Shown here one piece after another: positions 55,305 through 64,000 of a stretch of 64,000 nt of DNA. Numbering within the stretch: position 1 is the stretch's first letter; every line of letters starts with the position of its first letter. Source of the stretch: Armatimonadota bacterium. GTDB taxonomy: Bacteria > Armatimonadota > Zipacnadia > Zipacnadales > UBA5352. The stretch covers positions 73 to 64,072 of the forward strand of contig JBMNNW010000013.1 of assembly GCA_050942735.1 (NCBI GenBank), in the 5' to 3' direction. The position numbers were made by a program, and so were the translations under genes. Under the pieces are notes generated by a model. It had not been told where the DNA came from and made no database searches. It saw only the letters and a program-made list of their open reading frames with translations.

Positions 55305-57389
55305 ATGAGGGTCATGGAGGCTCGTGCATCCGGCGTGTATTGGACCGGCGTTCTCGGAGTGCTCGCCACGCTGCTGTGGGCCGGTGGACCGGCATCCGGA
55401 CAGCCGACCATCACCGTCGATCCACAGGAGTGCACCATAGTCGTTCCCGAGGCGGCCGGAGCCGAGCAGAATGCTGCGGCGGAGGACCTGCAGGTGCACA
55501 TTGCGCTCATCACGGGAGTTGAGGCCCCGATCATCGTCACACCCGCTGAAGGCCTCGGGTATAGCTTCCACGTTGGCATCCGCGCGCCGGATGACGACCT
55601 GCCGCTTGATCCGGAAGAGGCTCGCTGGACCGTCACGCCCGAGGCGGCCTGGCTCTACGGAGACGACGAGCAGGGGAGAGGCTCACGCTTTGCCGTCGCC
55701 TCTTTCCTCGAGGATCAACTGGGCGTCCGCTGGCTCTCCCCGGGGCAGCGCGGGACGTCGTGGGCTCCGCAGAGGCAACTGTCTCTGACCGCCGGAGCGT
55801 TCTCGTGGGCGCCGGAGCTTCTCGCCCGCGGGATTCGGGTTGACGCACGGCGAGGGCGCTATCCCCAACCGACCTCCGGCATCGAAGAGTACTGGGGCTT
55901 CAGCCGCAGTCATGAAGAACACGATCGGTACGCGGCGGATGTGCTGGACTGGCGGGTTCGGATGCGCATGGGGAGCCACTCGCCGCTCGATTACGGGCAC
56001 GCGTTCACCGACTGGTGGGACAGGTACGGAGAGGAACGTCCGGACTACTTCGCTCTGACCCGCTGGGGCCATCGCGGGCCTGAGCCCCTGGCTGAACCGG
56101 CCTTCGACCCGCCGGCGTTTACGGACAAGGAGAGGCGCACCGTCAAGCTGTGTGTCAGTAACCCCGCCGTGGCCGAGCAGATCGTGGCCGACTGGGTCGC
56201 CGACGGGACGCGCGGGGACTGGGTCAACGTCTGCATGAATGACCTGCGGTGGGGCTTTTGCCGGTGCGACGGGTGTGTGGCACTTGACGTGCGCCGCGAG
56301 GGCGAGGAGCTCGAGGATCATCTGACCGATCGGTACGTGCATCTGGCGAACACGGTGGCGCTCCTGGCGCGAGAGCACAAGCCAGAGGCGGGCGCGGTCA
56401 TGTATGCCTATGGGGCCACGGAGCAGCCGCCCCGGCAGATGCGCCTCGAACCCAACGTCGTGATCGGCATCGTGCCGACCACTGTGGACCTCGAAGAACT
56501 CGGGTCGCTGTACGACGGCTGGGCGGCGATGGGCGCCATGAAGACATTCACACGTCCGAATCTACCGCACTACTACCACACCATGGCGGTGCCCATCGGC
56601 GCGGAACGGCAGATGTTCGACGTCCTTCAACTGGCGATCGCGCACGGAGCCATCGCCGCCGACTACGACTCTCTCACCGGGATGTGGCCGGTCTGCGGGA
56701 TGGCCGACTACGTTCTCGCACGCGCCATGTCCGAACCCGGGAAACCGTTCGAACACTGGGAGCAGCACTTCTGCGCTGGCTTCGGCGCCGCCGCCGATGA
56801 CGTCGCGCGCTATTTCCGCCACTGGCGCGAGGACGTCTGGGAGGCGCGCCTGCTCCCCGACCTCGGCGCGCTCATCGAGAAGGGCAAGTACTACAACTTC
56901 GCCCGCGGGCTTATGTGGTCGCTGGGCGACTACTACACCGCCGACGACTTCGACCGCACCGGGGCGATCCTGCAGAAGGCCGCTGAGCACCGGCTCTCGC
57001 CCGCACAGAGAGCGCAGCTTGACCACCTGATCCTGGCGAACCAGCACGCTCACCTGACCTTCCTGGCCGTGACCACCACCGGCGTCGCGAAGCTCGAGCA
57101 TTCGCGAGCCCTGCTTGAGTTCCGCGAGCGGCATCGTGACGACCTGCAGATGTCCTGGATCAGTCTGTTCGCGAATGAGACGCGCTTTGGGGACATCACG
57201 GGCCTGAGGACCGCCGAGGCGCTGAGAGACTACCCGCTCCCGTGGTTCCCGACCGCGCTGGCGTGGCGGTTCAAGCTCGACCCAGATGACGTCGGGCCTT
57301 GCCGCGGATCAGATGGGCGCCTGGGAGCTTCTGCGCACCGACGCACACAGGGAGAACCCCTGCGGGGGCGCGCCCAATCCCTCAGATGA
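55305..57389 (+). CDS. DUF4838-like secreted protein (glycosidase-associated); reading frame appears to continue in +1 frame at ~57290-57390
   Basis: ORF 55206..57389; start MRVMEARASGVYWTGVLGVLATLLWAGGPASGQ; frame-0 tail after ..AWRFKLDPDD is low-complexity (VGPCRGSDGRLGASAHRRTQGEPLRGRAQSLR) while frame +1 encodes a conserved domain (next feature). Confidence 0.6.
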   Translation: MRVMEARASGVYWTGVLGVLATLLWAGGPASGQPTITVDPQECTIVVPEAAGAEQNAAAEDLQVHIALITGVEAPIIVTPAEGLGYSFHVGIRAPDDDLPLDPEEARWTVTPEAAWLYGDDEQGRGSRFAVASFLEDQLGVRWLSPGQRGTSWAPQRQLSLTAGAFSWAPELLARGIRVDARRGRYPQPTSGIEEYWGFSRSHEEHDRYAADVLDWRVRMRMGSHSPLDYGHAFTDWWDRYGEERPDYFALTRWGHRGPEPLAEPAFDPPAFTDKERRTVKLCVSNPAVAEQIVADWVADGTRGDWVNVCMNDLRWGFCRCDGCVALDVRREGEELEDHLTDRYVHLANTVALLAREHKPEAGAVMYAYGATEQPPRQMRLEPNVVIGIVPTTVDLEELGSLYDGWAAMGAMKTFTRPNLPHYYHTMAVPIGAERQMFDVLQLAIAHGAIAADYDSLTGMWPVCGMADYVLARAMSEPGKPFEHWEQHFCAGFGAAADDVARYFRHWREDVWEARLLPDLGALIEKGKYYNFARGLMWSLGDYYTADDFDRTGAILQKAAEHRLSPAQRAQLDHLILANQHAHLTFLAVTTTGVAKLEHSRALLEFRERHRDDLQMSWISLFANETRFGDITGLRTAEALRDYPLPWFPTALAWRFKLDPDDVGPCRGSDGRLGASAHRRTQGEPLRGRAQSLR

Positions 57390-57590
57390 ACTGCGCGCAC
57401 GACTGAACGACTACGACGGCATCGGCTGGTACGCCACCCGTGAGGCGATTCCCGAAGAGTTCGAGGGGCGGGAGATCTACCTCTACTTCGGGGCGGTTGA
57501 CGAATCGTGCCGGGTGTTCGTGAACGGCCGGTTGGCCGGAGAGCACCTGTTCGGACAGCCCGACGACTGGACCACGCCGTTCGAGTCGTG
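57286..57590 (+). pseudogene. GH2-type sugar-binding (galactose-binding-like) domain encoded in +1 frame relative to upstream DUF4838-like ORF; frameshift or authentic disruption
   Basis: ..RARLNDYDGIGWYATREAIPEEFEGREIYLYFGAVDESCRVFVNGRLAGEHLFGQPDDWTTPFE.. matches GH2 N-terminal jelly roll; codon bias good to ~57590, then decays. Confidence 0.45.
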
Positions 57591-57679
57591 CTGGCCTGCT
57601 CGCCTACTGCGCGGCCTTGTGGATCGTCAGGTCGCCGTTCTGGAGACAACGCCGACACAGGCCTGCCCTGGCGCCTCAG

Positions 57680-58761
57680 TTAGCCGGTGGCCCTTCGGGG
57701 AACCAATAGCACGACCTCCCGCCTGTCGTCGCGCTGCCCCATGCAGGCGATCGTCCCGGGGTTACTGATGGCCACCGCCTCATCCAGATGCCAGCCCTGC
57801 AGCGGGTCTATCCGCTTGTTCAGATCGATCATCTCGTCGCGGCGCCAGAGCATGGCGATGCTGCCGCTGGCTGCAGACTCAAGGCCGACGATCTCCCCGC
57901 GGTCATTGACATCTCTGGCCGCGCTGAACCCCACAACACCGGAAGTTCCGAGGATCTGGATCCCCTCTTCGCTGTCCCATCGCAAAGCGCCGTGCGCAGG
58001 AGAGTACCCTACGACCACCCCCTCGTTACTGATGGCGGACGGCCTCATATTGACGGCGAGATCGCCGGTCAGATCGACGCGACGCCAGCCTCCGCCCCCC
58101 GGCATCCACAGGCGGGTCAGATGCTCCCCGTTCTCCAGAACCAATTCGCCGACGATCGTTCCGCCATCGTTGATACTCACCGCACAGCCCGGAACCGTCT
58201 CGAGCAGGCTCAGGGAACCTGTCTCATCCCAGATACAGGGGAACCCATTGTCTTCCGGCCGCCCCACGGTGCCCACCGTGGCACCCGCAAGGTTGGCGCC
58301 GCAGGCTCGGGACCACCAGGACGGATCGGGAATCTCGAGATCCACCTGCTTCCCATCCGGCAACACCGTGACGGCGCTCATGGAGCGCCGTCCTCCGCTC
58401 CGGCGGTGGACGTTCATAACGACACGACCGAAACAACCATGCCCCACCGCCCAACCCTGCATCGGGCCCAGGCGCAGCGATGCCGGTGCATCCGGTCCCC
58501 AGACCGTCGCCGCCGACGGAGAAGCCGGGGGGTACGCCCGGCTCCGAATACCCAGCCATCGTCACTGATTCCGCAGACTCTACTCCCTGCGCCCCACCCG
58601 AGAGGCATCACGTCGTACTCCACCGAGCAACCTGCGCCTCTCTCAAGGCTAATCCAGCCCTCCAACTCATCGAGTGAGACCCCGGACATCCACGCGAGCA
58701 GCCCCGCGACGACTGCAACAGCCAGAAGCACCTCTGACACTGTCACCGCCAGCGTTCTCAC
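57680..58761 (-). pseudogene. HAF-repeat extracellular protein gene split across at least two frames (ORFs 58414..58761 and 57680..58462); frameshifted
   Basis: N-terminal frame MRTLAVTVSEVLLAVAVVAGLLAWMSG...GISDDGWVFGAG; C-terminal frame ..INDGGTIVGELVLENGEHLTRLWMPGGG..NEGVVVGYSPAHGALRWDSEEG..NDRGEIVGLESAASGSIAMLWRRDE (HAF repeats); G6 homopolymer at ~58524. Confidence 0.45.
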
Positions 58762-58818
58762 CGGTCTCGCCTCCTTGCGTCTATCTCAGCCCGGCACGGT
58801 GCCGGGTCGATTCTGGTC

Positions 58819-59730
58819 TCAATCCAGCCACGGTGACCAGCTCGGCTGGGAGCCTGCCGCCAGATCGCGCGGCTCGCCGCCCGCCGCGGCCACAATCATC
58901 AGCCGCTCTCGGGTCCCGTTTGCGTCCGTCACTCGCGCCCCGAACACGAGCGTGGATCCGTCCGGAGACCACGAAGACGCCCCCACCAACATCTCCGCCG
59001 CGCACACCACCGGGCGCGCCCGCCCCGTCGGCCGTCCCTCCGCGTCCACGCTCAGCAGCATCAGCGAGGGCCCGTTCGCGCAGGCGAGGCGCGCGCCGTC
59101 GGGGGCCCAACTCGCGTGTGTGCCCGGGATCAGCATGCGCGCCTGGCCGCCCTTCGCGGGAATGATGTAGAGGCCGGGCGGGCGGCCGAATGCGCGGCGG
59201 AAGACGATCCAGCGGCCATCCGGCGACCACGCCGGTGAGACGTCCAGCCGCTGCTCGCGGGTGAGCGGGCGCGCCTGCCCTGATGGGACATCGAGCAGCC
59301 AGAGATCGTCGGCGTGATGGTCGCCGCGCGCGAAGGCGATGGTCATGCCGTGGGGCGCCCAGCACGGCTCGTAGTCCTCGGCCTCCGCCGCGCCGGTGAG
59401 CTGTCGCTGGTCAGAGCCGTCGCGCGCCAGGAGCCAGAGGACGGCATGGCCGGTGCGGTTGGAGGTGACGCAGATGCTGCGGCCGTCGGGGTGCCACGCC
59501 GGTCCCCAGTTGTCGCCCTCGCCGGGGCCGCCGGTGAGCGCGCGCAGGTCGCTGCCGTCCGGGCGCAGCGTGAAGACCTGCTCGCCGCATCGGGAGAGCT
59601 GCCGGGTGCAGGCGATGCGGGAGGTCCCCGCAAGATCCAAGCAGAGGGCCGCCTGCCGGTCGCTCATCGCTCGCTCACCGTCGTCGCTGCCCGGCCCTCC
59701 CCGCCGTTGGGCGCCAGAAGAATTCATCAC
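58819..59730 (-). CDS. PD40/TolB-like WD40-type beta-propeller repeat protein
   Basis: Repeats PAWHPDGRSICVTSNRTGHAVLWLL, PCWAPHGMTIAFAR, SPAWSPDGRWIVFRR, ASWAPDGARLA, SSWSPDGSTLVFGA; start ambiguous (59730 or 59667). Confidence 0.6.
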   Translation of the reverse strand: MMNSSGAQRRGGPGSDDGERAMSDRQAALCLDLAGTSRIACTRQLSRCGEQVFTLRPDGSDLRALTGGPGEGDNWGPAWHPDGRSICVTSNRTGHAVLWLLARDGSDQRQLTGAAEAEDYEPCWAPHGMTIAFARGDHHADDLWLLDVPSGQARPLTREQRLDVSPAWSPDGRWIVFRRAFGRPPGLYIIPAKGGQARMLIPGTHASWAPDGARLACANGPSLMLLSVDAEGRPTGRARPVVCAAEMLVGASSWSPDGSTLVFGARVTDANGTRERLMIVAAAGGEPRDLAAGSQPSWSPWLD

Positions 59731-59840
59731 TCCGAGCAGCAGGTGAAGTGTGGCGCTTCATAGAAGGATTCAACCATACTGTTTCAGCTGTCCTCGCGGG
59801 TGATATTCTTTTATCACCCTTTGTGGGCGGGGTGATTGTG

Positions 59841-61073
59841 ATGAATCCATCCCGTGCCCTGGGGACCTTCCTGCGCCGCTGGCGTTGGGAGTGGGCGGGC
59901 CTGAGCCGTGCGCAGTTGGCCCTCGCGGTGGACGCGATGTGCGGCCATGAGCGCGTGACCGAGGCGGTGGTGCGCGCGTGGGAGAAGGGCCAGCCGCCGG
60001 CGAGCACCGAGGAGCTGGACGGGCTGCTGGCGGTGATGCGCCGGCACGATATGAGCGAGCCCGAGATCGGCTATGTGCGCCGCGCGGTCTTCGCCGCCGT
60101 CCTCGACCGCCATTACCCCGACCTGTTCATCGCCGAGGAGTTCGCGCAGCTTCCCGACGTGGACGAGCTGGCCGAGCAATCGCCGGGTGTTTGGCCGCGT
60201 GCACCCGCATCGCAGAGCCCGGTGGAGCTGGTGGCCCGGCTTGACTCCCTCGAACGGGAAGTCGGTCGCGATGTCGAGCCCGCGAGACCCGGCTCCCAGC
60301 ACCGGCGGCAGCAGGTGGCGTTAGCCCTCACCCGCGACACCATGCGCTGGTACTGCGAGGCGAGCTGCCGCCCCGGGCTGGCCGCCGGGCATGCCGCGGC
60401 GAACCTTCGGTTTCTGGAGGACTGCTTCGGAGAAGGCGGCATCGGATCGTCGTTGACGCCCATGATGCAGCGGCTGTCTCGGATATTCGATGGCGCCATG
60501 TGCATGCAGACGACCGTGCCGGTTGCCGACCTGCTCGACCTCTCGCGTGCTGCTGAGGAGCGGGGGAATGCATGGATAGCTTCTCAGATCTTCGTCATGG
60601 CCTTCATGCTCATCCCCGCACCTGCGTCGGCGGACCTGCGCGAGGCCCTGTGGCCCGACGTCGACCGCCATCTCGACTCCGTCGGCAGGGATCCGGCGAC
60701 CGTGGCTATTCTCCTGCCGGGGGCGGTCGCGGACGGGCAGTGGGCCCGGGCGGAGCGCCTCGCGACCGAGCTCGAGCCCTGGCGACACGGCCCCCCAATG
60801 CTGCGGCAGGGGTGGGAGGCCGACATGGCGATATTCGCCTTCTACCGCGGAGACCTCGACGAGGCGCAGGAGCATCTCGATGCGTGCCTGAGTCTGTCCC
60901 TGGAGGCGGGCCTGCTGTACAACATCATCGCCATGCCGGCGCTCTTGCGCATGTGTGAGGAAGCCCGCAAGCGAGCCCGTTACGATCCAGACGAACTCTG
61001 GGCGGAAGCTGAGCGTGAGGCGAAGCAGCAGATGCGCTACACCCTCAGATGGACCGGTCCGCGGCGGGGGTAG
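59841..61073 (+). CDS. protein with N-terminal XRE-like helix-turn-helix and large C-terminal alpha-helical domain (putative regulator)
   Basis: ORF 59748..61073; start MNPSRALGTFLRRWRWEWAGLSRAQLALAVDAMCGHERVTEAVVRAWEKG (HTH). Confidence 0.55.
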   Translation: MNPSRALGTFLRRWRWEWAGLSRAQLALAVDAMCGHERVTEAVVRAWEKGQPPASTEELDGLLAVMRRHDMSEPEIGYVRRAVFAAVLDRHYPDLFIAEEFAQLPDVDELAEQSPGVWPRAPASQSPVELVARLDSLEREVGRDVEPARPGSQHRRQQVALALTRDTMRWYCEASCRPGLAAGHAAANLRFLEDCFGEGGIGSSLTPMMQRLSRIFDGAMCMQTTVPVADLLDLSRAAEERGNAWIASQIFVMAFMLIPAPASADLREALWPDVDRHLDSVGRDPATVAILLPGAVADGQWARAERLATELEPWRHGPPMLRQGWEADMAIFAFYRGDLDEAQEHLDACLSLSLEAGLLYNIIAMPALLRMCEEARKRARYDPDELWAEAEREAKQQMRYTLRWTGPRRG

Positions 61074-61313
61074 TGTGGAGCCTCGACAGGCTCGCCGTCA
61101 TACTCGAGCAGGCCGACGAGTGCGGGATTGCCGAGGACGGACGTGAGCGAGGCGCGCGTCCCCCGCGCGCCTCACCTCGGTGTGGCAATGCCGCGATCGT
61201 TGAGTTGCCGGCTGATCGAGCGGAGGCTGCCGCCAGAGCAGCATCCCGGCGACCGCGTGCTGGAGCGACTGACGGAACTGTTCGCTCAGCGCGGCGCCCC
61301 GGATTGCATCAGG

Positions 61314-61571
61314 GCGACCTTCTCGGCGCCGGATCGGCCGAGCGGCTTCACGCTCGGCGGGACACCGACGCGCGCGACGCGCTACGACGACCTTGACGCC
61401 TACTCGCTGACGGATGACGGCCGGTGGCACACAGTCGAGATCGATGTGCGGCAGATGCGGGAGGCCTACCCCGAACTGCAGCACCTGCGGCAGTTCATCT
61501 TCTACACGAACTGGCGGGAGGCCGAGGGGCAGAAGTTCTGGTTCGACAACTTCTTCATCCAGCCTGAATGA
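61314..61571 (+). pseudogene. stand-alone remnant of the ~85-aa C-terminal module found at the ends of the two beta-helix proteins
   Basis: TFSAPDRPSGFTLGGTPTRATRYDDLDAYSLTDDGRWHTVEIDVRQMREAYPELQHLRQFIFYTNWREAEGQKFWFDNFFIQPE vs 17797..20151 tail NTFGGPDQPAGFTLGGTDARPERDNDLGTYRLIDDGRWHEITIDVRAAREAFPELTHLRQFLLRTEWQEDQGQEFWFDEFAILPED; upstream part of ORF 61128..61571 is non-homologous. Confidence 0.5.
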
Positions 61572-61750
61572 GCGCCACACTCAGACCGGCTGCGCGGATG
61601 ACCTGAAACAATCCGACGCCCGGTACAGGCTCCGGGAAGCACCGTGGCCCGGCGGTGGCATCTGATGCACGCTTCCCTGCATCGCTCCGATCGCGGTGGC
61701 CTCATCGTGAGCCGCGTCCGCGCTCCTGCCGTTAAGGTGCCGTCATCGCC

Positions 61751-64000
61751 TCAGGGGCCGATGATCACCTCATCGAGTTCGTACCAATGGCCCTCCTTCA
61801 CGTTCTCGCGGGGTGCGGCGCCGATCCGCAGCCCCTCGAGCACCTGCACCTCCGGATTGATCTCCCGGATCACTCGCGCGTCGATCGCAAGCTCATGCCA
61901 CTGCTCGTCATCGCGCAACAGATCGCCGGTGAGCCAGCGATCCTCACTCACGGACGCGGCCGGGCTCGCCGCAGCGATCAGGCTCGGGCCGCTGAATGCC
62001 CGCAGTTCGATCGAGATCGGCGTGCCCTCGCCTACCCGGTAGCGAATCAGCACTCGCGGGTAGCGGTCTATGTCCCAGCCGATTGGGTGGATCTGAGCGG
62101 GCAGCCAGCCGCGATCCTCCGGAGCGACCACGTGTCGGTGGCCGCGCCCGGTCTCCGCGTCCACGCGATCCTGATAGCGCGCGGGGAAGGGGCGATAGCT
62201 CTTCCACAGCCACCACGCGCTGTCGTCGTCCCGATCCCACGTGGTATGCACGAGCGGCTGCGACGGATCGACTGTCTCCGCGACTACCACATACCCCGCG
62301 CCTCGATGCACCCGGCCGTCCTCATCGACCACGCGGACGCGGATCGGGTAGTCGTACTCCTCGGCGTAGCTGTGCGTGACCTCAAACCCCACGGCGAGCG
62401 TTCCATCGCCGAGTTGCCAGCGGACCTCCCGCGGCGCGGCGTTGCCGTGGACGATCGCCCGGAGGGTAACACGCTCGCCGGGGCGCGCCTCGAATGGCTC
62501 GGCGACCACCTGCACGCTCGCCCTGCCGTCCGCCCCGTGCTCGAAGGCCCCGATATCGGGCGCTTCGCCAGACCACGGCAGGCTCACGGGATCGCCGTCG
62601 CTCCAGCTCAGGACGCGATCGAGCACGAGCGCGCCCGCTTGATGATCGACCTCAACGACGCGGGCGGTCCGCCCCGGATCGCCCACCGCGATCAGATCGC
62701 CCTGCTCGCCCTCGATCCCGTAGCCGTCGTAGAAGCCCCAGGGGTCGGTGACCGCCAGCCGGGTTCCCTCCCCGGCGCCGACCGCGTGTGTCAGTGGAGC
62801 GCCGGCGTCGCGCAGCGGGCTGTCGTCGCGCAGCGCGTGGTCGTAGAGTGCGGGGTCGGCGAAGCCGGGCTCGACCTCGAGGTTGCCCCGGTAGCGCTCT
62901 CCGTGCTCGGCCGCAAGCGCCTCGAGGGTGAAGCGTGCGCCGTAGTCCTGCACGAGCGGCAGGCCCTCGTGGGGAGCATGGAAGACGTTGTGGATCAGTC
63001 GGACCTGCTCGGCGGTGCCGCCGCCGAGCTGAAGTTGCCTGTGCGATCCGTATTGGTCGTTTCGGCTGAAGACATTGTTCGCGAAGACGACGTTCTCGAC
63101 GCGGCCCTCCGCTCCGGAGACCTTGTGCCCGTCGTGAGCGTTGTGATCGAAGACGTTGTTGTAATAGCGGGCGTTGCGGCACTGCTCGGCGTTGAGGGCC
63201 CCGCCGTGGTTGTGAAAGACTCGGTTGAAGCGGAAGATCCCCGGCGTCGGCCAGAACTTGGCGTAGGAGCTTGCGGAGCGGCCGCTGTTGAATGCGTTGG
63301 TGACGACGTTGTGCTCGAAGAGAATGTGCTCGACCTCGCGGAGCGCGAAGTTGCGGCCCCAGCCGCTGTGGAAGACATTCCCGCGGAGCACGACGTAGCT
63401 GTTGGAGCCGTCTGGGAAGAGCTGCAGGGGGCAGTGGCCGGTCCGGGTGATCGAGCAGCCCTCGATCAGCACGCGCGTGCTCTCGGCGATGCGAGCCATG
63501 TTGCCGCCGTAATGCTCGCGGATGACGCTGTCGATGATTCGGAGCTGCTTGCAGCCCTCGATCTGCAGCGGGAGTCCGGCGCCGGCCTTCTCCATGAGGC
63601 AGTCCTCGATGCTCAGGTGAGAGGTGTCGGCGGCCAGCAGCCAGCGTCCATTCACCGGGTCGGGCCGCAACCACAGGCCCTCCAGGCGCACGTGAGCGGC
63701 GCCGTTGATGCTCACCGCGAAGCCACCATCGCCGTCGGAGGTCAGGCGTGCGGTGCGGCGCTCCGCGGCCCTCACCACCACCGGCGCGTCGGCAGACGCC
63801 TGGGCGGAGATCGCGAGGGTGCCCGGATACTCGCCGGGCATCAACACGAGCGTCGTGCCGGGCGCGAGCGCCTCGGAGGCCCTCTCGAGGCTGCGCCACG
63901 GGGCCTGCTCGGTGCCTGCAGCGGCGTCATCGCCGTCCGGTGCGAGGTAGTGCGTCTGCGCCGGGGCCTCCGCCGGGCTGAGAATGATCGCGACGAGTGC
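61751..64000 (-). CDS. secreted right-handed beta-helix protein, paralog of 17797..20151 (~40 % id), with the same C-terminal module; N-terminus (signal peptide) beyond window end
   Basis: ORF 61751..63847 begins at internal GTG; frame stays open to nt 64000 (..ALVAIILSPAEAPAQTHYLAPDGDDAAAGTEQAPWRSLERASEAL.. collinear with paralog N-terminus); C-terminal ..DEQWHELAIDARVIREINPEVQVLEGLRIGAAPRENVKEGHWYELDEVIIGP. Confidence 0.75.
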   Translation of the reverse strand, partial: ALVAIILSPAEAPAQTHYLAPDGDDAAAGTEQAPWRSLERASEALAPGTTLVLMPGEYPGTLAISAQASADAPVVVRAAERRTARLTSDGDGGFAVSINGAAHVRLEGLWLRPDPVNGRWLLAADTSHLSIEDCLMEKAGAGLPLQIEGCKQLRIIDSVIREHYGGNMARIAESTRVLIEGCSITRTGHCPLQLFPDGSNSYVVLRGNVFHSGWGRNFALREVEHILFEHNVVTNAFNSGRSASSYAKFWPTPGIFRFNRVFHNHGGALNAEQCRNARYYNNVFDHNAHDGHKVSGAEGRVENVVFANNVFSRNDQYGSHRQLQLGGGTAEQVRLIHNVFHAPHEGLPLVQDYGARFTLEALAAEHGERYRGNLEVEPGFADPALYDHALRDDSPLRDAGAPLTHAVGAGEGTRLAVTDPWGFYDGYGIEGEQGDLIAVGDPGRTARVVEVDHQAGALVLDRVLSWSDGDPVSLPWSGEAPDIGAFEHGADGRASVQVVAEPFEARPGERVTLRAIVHGNAAPREVRWQLGDGTLAVGFEVTHSYAEEYDYPIRVRVVDEDGRVHRGAGYVVVAETVDPSQPLVHTTWDRDDDSAWWLWKSYRPFPARYQDRVDAETGRGHRHVVAPEDRGWLPAQIHPIGWDIDRYPRVLIRYRVGEGTPISIELRAFSGPSLIAAASPAASVSEDRWLTGDLLRDDEQWHELAIDARVIREINPEVQVLEGLRIGAAPRENVKEGHWYELDEVIIGP

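Noticed and set aside
61574-61750. 7-bp inverted repeat gggaagc...gcttccc in convergent spacer
   Set aside because: Arms too short, loop too long (31 nt) and no T-tract, so not called as a terminator.

Overview
This is a 64-kb high-GC (~68-70 %) bacterial chromosomal segment. Most convincing genes have GGAGG-type Shine-Dalgarno sites 5-10 nt upstream, and I used these to choose starts. I found no rRNA, tRNA or CRISPR. Because GC is high, many long ORFs in the track are antisense artefacts of the real genes (for example 2618..4564 +, 13267..15516 -, 15708..17228 -, 17890..18990 -, 26333..28486 +, 36888..38618 +, 51088..52188 -). My manual position counts differed from the ORF track by 1 nt in a few places, so treat coordinates as +/-1-2 nt. 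Content, 5' to 3': (1) 1-4290, a giant secreted protein (beta-helix + ~16 LRRs + GH-like TIM-barrel), partial and running off the window start; then a Big_2 lipoprotein, a FecR-domain protein and a CHASE2 class-III nucleotidyl cyclase, all on the minus strand. (2) 10.1-13.4 kb, a hypothetical secreted protein followed by two ORPHAN Rhs/YD-repeat C-terminal cassettes. They share a ~155-nt direct repeat, and one is followed by a 4-TM candidate immunity protein. No full-length rhs gene is present. (3) 13.5-20.2 kb, two tandem paralogous secreted beta-propeller-like proteins and a beta-helix/PKD protein. (4) 20.3-34 kb, a Gfo/Idh/MocA oxidoreductase, then debris (glycosyltransferase 3' fragment, tyrosine-integrase fragment), then a glycan-degradation cluster: two heparinase-II/III-like lyases (one with a discoidin domain, one with an FG-GAP propeller), a CBM-like secreted protein and an IS1380-family transposase fragment. 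(5) 34.4-39.9 kb, two large secreted hypothetical proteins and an IS5/IS1182-family transposase fragment. (6) 39.9-48.8 kb, an OmpR/histidine-kinase two-component pair transcribed divergently from an STN-domain protein plus a TolC / HlyD / MacB-ATPase / FtsX-permease efflux operon, ending in a GC-rich terminator hairpin. (7) 49-52.4 kb, a small ORF translationally coupled to Gfo/Idh/MocA - SDR - 4Fe-4S protein, followed by an IS256-family transposase fragment. (8) 52.5-64 kb, a GH20 hexosaminidase-like protein, a DUF4838-like protein with a frameshift into a GH2-type sugar-binding domain, a frameshifted HAF-repeat gene, a PD40 propeller, an HTH protein, a remnant of a recurring ~85-aa C-terminal module, and a second beta-helix paralog (partial at the window end). 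Most notable are the orphan Rhs toxin/immunity array, the repeated novel C-terminal module, the secreted glycan-lyase cluster, and at least five decayed mobile-element remnants.
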